Source: a virus (lineage: Duplodnaviria; Heunggongvirae; Uroviricota; Caudoviricetes). From it: a DNA stretch of 4,505 nt. The notes beneath the pieces were generated by a model. That model did not search any database. It worked only from the letters and a program-made list of their open reading frames with translations, and was not told the DNA's origin. The stretch lies in IMG/VR virus record IMGVR_UViG_2690316028_000006, positions 1-4,505 of that record; one strand, 5' to 3'. Within the stretch, counting starts at the first letter, position 1; each line of letters opens with the position of its first letter. Positions 1 to 4,505 of the stretch are shown here, piece after piece. The position numbers were made by a program, and so were the translations under genes.

Positions 1-593
1 AACTTCCGGCGAAGTCCATCTGGTGGCAGGGGGAGGAGTATAAAGCCTGGCCGTGTCAGATTGAGGGGATCGAGGCTTCAACCTCGGGAAGTAGTGCCCA
101 GCCAAAACTTTCGGTTGCTAACCTCGACAGTTCGATCACCGCGCTTTGCCTGGCTTACGACGATATGCTGCAGGCGAAGGTGACGATACATGACACCCTT
201 GGTAAGTATCTCGATGCGAGAAACTTCACCGGAGGCAATCCGACAGCCGATCCGACCCAGGAGAAGCTGAAGGTTTTCTACATCGATGCAAAGAGCAGTG
301 AAACCAATGAAGTTGTTGAGTTCACACTATCCAGCCCTATGGATCTGCAGGGGCTGATGATACCTACCCGCCAGCTTCATTCTCTGTGCACATGGTGCAT
401 CCGGAACAAGTACCGAACCGGCGACGGCTGCGACTATGCTGGTACGCGCTATTTCGACAAAAACAACAACCCGGTAAGCGATCCGTCGCTGGATGAATGC
501 AACGGCACGCTGACGGCCTGCAAACTCCGATTCGGCGAAGATAACGAACTCTCGTTTGGTGGCTTCCCGGGCACGTCTTTGATCAGGAGTTGA
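1..593 (+). CDS. L: Minor tail protein L (lambda gpL-like), 5'-partial; reading frame is open from position 3 to the TGA at 591-593
   Basis: Frame 3 has no stop from the window edge to 593. The translation (…SIWWQGEEYKAWPCQIEGIE…KLSVANLDSSITALCLAYDDMLQAK…CTWCIRNKYRTGDGCDYAG…DECNGTLTACKLRFG…NELSFGGFPGTSLIRS) matches the remembered architecture of lambda gpL, including the C-terminal cysteine cluster. The ORF-track entry 165..593 is only the part after an internal Met. Confidence 0.88.
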   Translation, partial: LPAKSIWWQGEEYKAWPCQIEGIEASTSGSSAQPKLSVANLDSSITALCLAYDDMLQAKVTIHDTLGKYLDARNFTGGNPTADPTQEKLKVFYIDAKSSETNEVVEFTLSSPMDLQGLMIPTRQLHSLCTWCIRNKYRTGDGCDYAGTRYFDKNNNPVSDPSLDECNGTLTACKLRFGEDNELSFGGFPGTSLIRS

Positions 594-594
594 T

Positions 595-1305
595 ATGCGT
601 CAGAAAACCATCGATGCGATTATGGCGCATGCTGCAGCTGAATATCCTCATGAGTGTTGCGGCGTGGTGGCGCAAAAGAGCCGGGTAGAGAAATATTTTC
701 CATGTAGTAACCTCGCTACCGAGCCGACAGAACATTTTCACCTGTCGCCAGAAGACTATGCCGCTGCTGAGGACTGGGGTACGGTGATCGCCATCGTTCA
801 CAGTCACCCTGACGCCACTACGCAGCCGAGCGAACTGGATAAAGCGCAATGCGACGCAACTCTTTTACCCTGGCATATTGTGAGCTGGCCGGAGGGGGAT
901 TTACGCACCATCCAGCCGCGCGGAGAACTGCCACTGCTGGAGCGTCCGTTTGTGCTTGGACACTTCGACTGCTGGGGGCTGGTAATGAGCTATTTCCGGC
1001 AAACGCATGGTATCGAGCTCCACGATTACCGGGTGGATTATCCCTGGTGGGAAAACGACTACCAGGACAATTTCTATCAGGAGTGCTGGTACGAGTGCGG
1101 ATTCAGGGAGTTTGATGGCCCGCCTCAGGAAGGGGACCTCATCATCATGCAGGTCCAGGCCGATAAGTGGAATCACGCGGGGATCCTGCTTGAGGGCAAT
1201 ATGCTACTGCATCATTTGTACGGTCATCTTAGCCAGCGCGTGCCATATGGTGGCTACTGGCAGGAAAGAACAATGAAAGTACTTCGGTACAAAGTATTTT
1301 GTTAA
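595..1305 (+). CDS. K: Tail assembly protein K (gpK-like), with an N-terminal MPN/JAMM metalloprotease-like domain and a C-terminal NlpC/P60-like domain
   Basis: 236-aa ORF starting 1 nt after the L stop, with CAGGAG 8 nt upstream of the ATG. Contains an exact JAMM motif HSHPDATTQPSELD (H-x-H-x7-S-xx-D, nt 799-840) and NlpC/P60-like Cys (FDCWG, nt 970-972) and His (NHAG, nt 1174-1176). Position after L fits lambdoid synteny. Confidence 0.9.
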   Translation: MRQKTIDAIMAHAAAEYPHECCGVVAQKSRVEKYFPCSNLATEPTEHFHLSPEDYAAAEDWGTVIAIVHSHPDATTQPSELDKAQCDATLLPWHIVSWPEGDLRTIQPRGELPLLERPFVLGHFDCWGLVMSYFRQTHGIELHDYRVDYPWWENDYQDNFYQECWYECGFREFDGPPQEGDLIIMQVQADKWNHAGILLEGNMLLHHLYGHLSQRVPYGGYWQERTMKVLRYKVFC

Positions 1306-1392
1306 TTCTATAGTGGTTAAGTTGTTAATTACTCACTCCATAACTTCATGTTAGTATTCCTCTGATATTTTCAATGAAAGGGAAGCTTAATT
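1306..1392 (+). promoter_or_regulatory. AT-rich leader of the lipoprotein cassette; probable moron promoter region plus Shine-Dalgarno (AAGGGAAG, about 1377-1384)
   Basis: Sharp drop in GC straight after the K stop codon. Several weak -35/-10-like hexamers are present (e.g. TTGTTA 1322-1327, TAGTAT 1352-1357, GATATT 1364-1369) but none forms a convincing pair with 16-18 bp spacing. Only the Shine-Dalgarno is reasonably clear. Confidence 0.3.
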
Positions 1393-1788
1393 GTGAAAAA
1401 AATATTGTTCTCTGGTCTTGTGGTGCTTGCCACCGCTGGATGTGCTGATAATAGGCCAATGCCGGTATTAGATACTAAGCCTGTCACATGTTCATCAGAG
1501 GCTGAATGTAGTTATCTTTGGTCGAAGGTTCCTCAGCATTTGGAGTTTGCAACAAAAATGAGAGTAGAATCAGCTAACGATACATTTATAACAACATTCC
1601 CACCTATTGATACAAGGCAACTTGCAGGACGGGCATCTAAGGTTAAACAGTCCGGCGATACGGCAATAAATGCTGAATTCCAATGCCATCGACATTATGG
1701 GCAGAAGGATTGTGAAAGGGCGGTAATTAATGCTACAAATTTCTTTAATCAAGCAATGAGCATTGAAAAGAAACATTTTAATAAATAA
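1393..1788 (+). CDS. Predicted lipoprotein, 131 aa, GTG start, function unknown (moron gene)
   Basis: N-terminus MKKILFSGLVVLATAGC has a basic n-region, a hydrophobic core and a lipobox-compatible ATAG|C with Ala at +2 (no Asp inner-membrane retention signal). The mature part has four Cys (C33, C39, C98, C107). Coding region is AT-rich relative to flanking tail genes, has its own Shine-Dalgarno and is followed by an intrinsic terminator. Confidence 0.75.
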   Translation: MKKILFSGLVVLATAGCADNRPMPVLDTKPVTCSSEAECSYLWSKVPQHLEFATKMRVESANDTFITTFPPIDTRQLAGRASKVKQSGDTAINAEFQCHRHYGQKDCERAVINATNFFNQAMSIEKKHFNK

Positions 1789-1812
1789 ACACCTAAATAA
1801 ATCAACCAAATT

Positions 1813-1834
1813 AAACCGCTTCGGCGGTTTTTTT
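1813..1834 (+). terminator. Rho-independent terminator of the lipoprotein cassette
   Basis: Perfect 7-bp stem AAACCGC/GCGGTTT with a TTCG tetraloop (1820-1823), followed by a T-run through 1834; located 25 nt after the lipoprotein stop codon. Confidence 0.75.
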
Positions 1835-1849
1835 ACGTGGGGGGATTAT

Positions 1850-2437
1850 ATGCAAGAGGTCATGAGTCGAATTGAATTAGGCAGTGTTCTTGGAAAAACG
1901 TTTGGCAAAGTTCACTACCGTCTGATATCCCGCGTAAGCGAAGCAGGCGTTGCACTCGCAAAAACCATTCCTGGATTTGAGCAGTTTATGATTTCCAGCC
2001 AACGCCGTGGGCTCACATACTCCGTGTTTAAGGGTAAAAAAAACATCGGTGTGGATGACCTTGGCTTCCCGATTACCGGCGAGGTTATTCGCATTGTTCC
2101 GGTAATCATCGGGAGTAAAAAAGCCGGTTTGATTCAAACTATCCTGGGCGCAGTATTAGTGATTGCATCGATCTGGATGCCAGGTCTGAGTATAGCTGCC
2201 AGCAATATGATGTTTGCTGCTGGTGCGTCCATAACGCTGGGGGGGGTAGTTCAGATGTTATCCCCTCAGGCTACAGGGCTGGCCAGCAAACAGAGCTCAG
2301 ATAACCGCGCCTCATACGCGTTCGGCGGGGTAACCAACACTGCAGCGCAAGGCTACCCAGTGCCTCTGCTTTATGGTAAGCGTCGAATCGGCGGAGCGAT
2401 TATTTCTGCCGGAATTTATGTCGAAGATCAACAGTAA
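1850..2437 (+). CDS. I: Tail assembly protein I (gpI-like)
   Basis: C-terminal region (…SITLGGVVQMLSPQATG…YPVPLLYGKRRIGGAIISAGIYVEDQQ) resembles the lambda gpI C-terminus as remembered (…GGVAQMLAPKA…VLPVLYGEMRVG…). Start chosen at ATG 1850 (a G6 run at 1839-1844 serves as Shine-Dalgarno, 5-nt spacer) rather than the track's 1763, which would overlap the lipoprotein gene and span the terminator. Confidence 0.8.
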   Translation: MQEVMSRIELGSVLGKTFGKVHYRLISRVSEAGVALAKTIPGFEQFMISSQRRGLTYSVFKGKKNIGVDDLGFPITGEVIRIVPVIIGSKKAGLIQTILGAVLVIASIWMPGLSIAASNMMFAAGASITLGGVVQMLSPQATGLASKQSSDNRASYAFGGVTNTAAQGYPVPLLYGKRRIGGAIISAGIYVEDQQ

Positions 2438-2474
2438 ATTAATTAACTTATTAGCTGATAGGCAGGAGAAAACT

Positions 2475-2792
2475 ATGACTTTAGAAGAGCGCATGAGCAT
2501 GCTTGAGGCAACCATCGCGAGCCTGCAGGTGGAGATAGCAGAGCTGCATAACCCGGCAATCGTCAATTCCGCCATTCAGAACGCACTACGGCCAGGTGGC
2601 GCTATTCATTCGATCATCACCGGTAATGGCTGGAGTTTGCGAGTAAAGGAGGGAAAGATTTCGCAGGGTGATGCAGGGGTTTTCGGTGGAACGGTAACAG
2701 CGGCCCAGAATGAGGCCGCTAAAACTCATGAAGAAATATTCAATGAAAAGCTCGATTTAATTATTTCTTTGATGCCACCTCTAAAACTTTAA
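2475..2792 (+). CDS. Hypothetical small protein, 105 aa, helical/coiled-coil-like N-terminus
   Basis: Strong Shine-Dalgarno AGGAG (2464-2468) with a 6-nt spacer to ATG 2475. Translation MTLEERMSMLEATIASLQVEIAELHNPAIVNSAIQNALRPGG…LMPPLKL. Start trimmed from the track's 2373, which begins inside gene I. No homolog recognised. Confidence 0.6.
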   Translation: MTLEERMSMLEATIASLQVEIAELHNPAIVNSAIQNALRPGGAIHSIITGNGWSLRVKEGKISQGDAGVFGGTVTAAQNEAAKTHEEIFNEKLDLIISLMPPLKL

Positions 2793-3021
2793 GGATGCGC
2801 GTGAACGCATCAATTGTGTGCGGATCATTACGTGCAGCTGATTCTGGGATTTTTGCTTGCCCTGCCTGATAGTTTTTAGTCAGAGCATCGAGTGCGCCTG
2901 GCCGGGCAATGTCCAGTAATTTCACAATGTCCGATAGAATCAGGCCAGTTGCAATTTCATGCGTAAGCAGCTTTTGTTTAAGCTCTGCCACTTCTTTTTC
3001 CAGTTCTAACATCGAACCCAT
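2761..3021 (-). CDS. Hypothetical small protein, 86 aa, convergent with and overlapping the 3' end of the 2475-2792 ORF
   Basis: Minus-strand ORF with a near-consensus Shine-Dalgarno (AAGGAG, 6-nt spacer, reverse complement of 3022-3040). Translation MGSMLELEKEVAELKQKLLTHEIATGLILSDIVKLLDIARPGALDAL…VASKK. No homolog recognised. Confidence 0.65.
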   Translation of the reverse strand: MGSMLELEKEVAELKQKLLTHEIATGLILSDIVKLLDIARPGALDALTKNYQAGQAKIPESAARNDPHTIDAFTRILKVLEVASKK

Positions 3022-3105
3022 TTACTTCTCCTTTTTCCAGAGGTAATCAGCCATTCCACCTGTTATGAGTTCACCAGCGTCCCACCGCTGGCGGGCTGAA
3101 TCCAC

Positions 3106-3132
3106 AACATAACCAGGTATTTAGATTTGTAA
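3106..3132 (-). promoter_or_regulatory. Candidate sigma70-like promoter for the minus-strand 86-aa ORF
   Basis: On the minus strand, TTACAA (complement of 3127-3132) and TATGTT (complement of 3106-3111) are separated by 15 nt. The match is weak and the spacing suboptimal. Confidence 0.2.
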
Positions 3133-3152
3133 CATCCTGATATTCAGACAGT

Positions 3153-3176
3153 AGCCACCTTTGGGTGGCTTTTTTA
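3153..3176 (+). terminator. Rho-independent terminator on the + strand, immediately upstream of the J start
   Basis: 7-bp stem AGCCACC/GGTGGCT with loop TTTG, followed by TTTTTT (3170-3175). The U-tract is on the + strand only; the minus-strand flank is not T-rich. Confidence 0.6.
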
Positions 3177-3186
3177 TGGGCGCAAT

Positions 3187-4505
3187 ATGGCTACAGATAA
3201 AGTGTTAAAAGGCCGCAAGGGCGGCAGCTCAAGTTCCCGAACCCCTACCGAACAGCCTGATGATCTGCAATCTGTAGCGAAGGCAAAAATCCTCGTTGCG
3301 CTTGGGGAAGGGGAGTTTGCTGGACAGCTCACCGGCAAAGATATCTACCTGGACGGAACAGCGCTGGAGAATGCTGACGGCTCCCAAAACTTCAGCGGGG
3401 TAACGTGGGAGTTTCGCGCGGGAACGCAGGCGCAAAAATATATTCAGGGTATTCCCGGTACCGAAAACGAGATCAGCGTAGGAACTGAGGTATCAAGTGC
3501 CACAGCCTGGACGCGCACGTTTACCAATACGCAGCTTTCAGCAGTTCGCCTGCGTCTTAAATGGCCCTCGCTTTTCAAACAGGAAGACGACGGCGATCTG
3601 GTGGGTTACTCGGTCAATTATGCGATTGACCTGCAGACTGACGGCGGCACATGGCAGACGGTACTCAATACCAGCGTGACCGGCAAAACGACGTCTGGTT
3701 ATGAGCGCAGCCACCGTATCGATTTACCGCAGGCTGGCAGCACATGGACAATACGTCTGCGTAAGATTACCTCTGACGCCAACAGCGCGAAGATCGGCGA
3801 CACGATGATGCTGCAGAGCTTCACCGAGGTGATTGACGCCAAACTGCGCTACCCGAACACCGCGCTGCTCTACGTCGAATTCGACTCAAGCCAGTTCAAC
3901 GGCTCTATTCCTCAAATTTCATGCGAACCGCGCGGCCGCGTTATCCGCGTTCCAGATACCTACGACCCTGAAACCCGCACTTATAGCGGTACATGGACCG
4001 GTGCGTTTAAGTGGGCATGGACGGATAACCCTGCGTGGATTTTTTACGACCTGGTTGTTTCTGACCGGTTCGGCCTTGGGCACCGTTTGACCGCTGCGAA
4101 TATTGATAAATGGACGCTTTATCAGGTTGCTCAGTATTGTGATCAGATGGTACCAGACGGCAAAGGGGGCAACGGTACAGAACCACGCTATACCTGCAAC
4201 GTGTACATTCAGGACCGGAACGACGCCTACACAGTCCTGCGTGATTTTGCCGCTATCTTCCGTGGCATGACCTACTGGGGCGGGGATCAGATTGTGGCCC
4301 TGGCTGACATGCCGCGCGATGTTGATTACAGCTATACGCGCGCTAACGTTGTTGGCGGTCGCTTCACCTATTCGAGCAGCACCACGAAAATCCGCTACAC
4401 CACAGCGCTGGTTTCATGGTCAGACCCGGGTAACGCTTATGCCGACGCGATGGAGCCGGTATTTGAGCAGGCGCTGGTGGCGCGGTACGGCTTCAATCAG
4501 CTGGA
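3187..4505 (+). CDS. J: Host specificity / tail tip protein J (gpJ-like), 3'-partial; runs off the window end
   Basis: Frame is open from ATG 3187 to the window end (about 439 codons). The translation (MATDKVLKGRKGGSSSSRTP…NTALLYVEFDSSQFNG…RGRVIRVPDTYDPETRTYSGTWTGAF…NPAWIFYDLVVSDRFGLG…DKWTLYQVAQYCDQMVPDG…) parallels the remembered lambda gpJ N-terminal region (…YPNTALVGVQVDSEQFG…RGRILQVPSNYNPQTRQYSGIWDGTF…DKWALYVIGQYCDQSVPDG…). Absent from the ORF track only because it has no stop in the window. Confidence 0.9.
   Translation, partial: MATDKVLKGRKGGSSSSRTPTEQPDDLQSVAKAKILVALGEGEFAGQLTGKDIYLDGTALENADGSQNFSGVTWEFRAGTQAQKYIQGIPGTENEISVGTEVSSATAWTRTFTNTQLSAVRLRLKWPSLFKQEDDGDLVGYSVNYAIDLQTDGGTWQTVLNTSVTGKTTSGYERSHRIDLPQAGSTWTIRLRKITSDANSAKIGDTMMLQSFTEVIDAKLRYPNTALLYVEFDSSQFNGSIPQISCEPRGRVIRVPDTYDPETRTYSGTWTGAFKWAWTDNPAWIFYDLVVSDRFGLGHRLTAANIDKWTLYQVAQYCDQMVPDGKGGNGTEPRYTCNVYIQDRNDAYTVLRDFAAIFRGMTYWGGDQIVALADMPRDVDYSYTRANVVGGRFTYSSSTTKIRYTTALVSWSDPGNAYADAMEPVFEQALVARYGFNQL

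Noticed and set aside
583-1276. Track ORFs 583..849 (-), 849..1115 (+), 901..1176 (-), 1007..1276 (+) inside gene K
   Set aside because: All lie entirely within the K coding region in other frames or on the opposite strand; K has strong domain signatures and synteny support, while these have no Shine-Dalgarno and Arg/Leu-rich translations typical of GC-rich off-frame ORFs.
1570-1809. Track ORF 1570..1809 (-), antisense to the lipoprotein gene
   Set aside because: Overlaps the better-supported lipoprotein CDS and the terminator stem; Cys/Phe/Ile-rich translation typical of an antisense reading of AT-rich DNA; no Shine-Dalgarno.
1763-1849. Upstream extension of gene I to ATG 1763 as given in the ORF track
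   Set aside because: It would overlap the lipoprotein 3' end and read through the intrinsic terminator hairpin; ATG 1850 has a G-rich Shine-Dalgarno at appropriate spacing and gives a protein close to lambda gpI in size.
1877-2137. Track ORFs 1877..2137 (-) and 1915..2109 (-) antisense to gene I
   Set aside because: Fully embedded in I on the opposite strand; no ribosome-binding site and no recognisable features.
2373-2474. Upstream starts (ATG 2373, ATG 2418) for the + small ORF
   Set aside because: Both would overlap the end of gene I in another frame and lack a Shine-Dalgarno; ATG 2475 is preceded by AGGAG at ideal spacing.
2312-2575. Track ORF 2312..2575 (-) spanning the I 3' end and the start of the + small ORF
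   Set aside because: Antisense to two better-supported + strand genes and across the Shine-Dalgarno of the 2475 ORF; no Shine-Dalgarno of its own.
3065-3112. 15-codon micro-ORF (MSSPASHRWRAESTT) on the + strand in the I-J spacer
   Set aside because: No Shine-Dalgarno, very short, and lies in the probable leader or promoter region of the minus-strand gene; most likely chance.
3229-4090. Track ORFs 3229..3435 (-), 3497..3679 (+), 3833..4090 (+) inside gene J
   Set aside because: All are off-frame or antisense within the J coding region, which is strongly supported by similarity to lambda gpJ; their translations are Arg/Pro/Thr-rich as expected for chance ORFs in GC-rich DNA.
1-4505. CRISPR arrays, tRNA/rRNA genes, insertion-sequence inverted repeats or att-like direct repeats flanking the two inserts
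   Set aside because: Scanning by eye found no regularly spaced direct repeats, no cloverleaf-compatible tRNA-like segments, no transposase-like ORF and no obvious duplicated flanks at 1306/1849 or 2438/3186; an undetected short repeat cannot be excluded without computation.

Overview
The window is the tail-tip assembly and host-specificity segment of a lambda-like (lambdoid siphovirus) phage or prophage, all core genes on the + strand: the 3' part of L, complete K, complete I, and the 5' part of J. The canonical L-K-I-J order is interrupted twice by accessory (moron-like) inserts. The first (1306-1849, between K and I) is a visibly AT-rich single-gene cassette encoding a 131-aa predicted lipoprotein with its own Shine-Dalgarno, GTG start and a UUCG-loop intrinsic terminator. 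The second (2438-3186, between I and J) carries two small ORFs of unknown function that are convergently transcribed and overlap by 32 bp at their 3' ends (105 aa on +, 86 aa on -, both with strong Shine-Dalgarno sites), plus a + strand intrinsic terminator just before the J start. This second cassette is the best candidate for an undescribed accessory module, but no function can be assigned from sequence alone. All homology statements are from reading the translations by eye against remembered lambda proteins; no database search was run.
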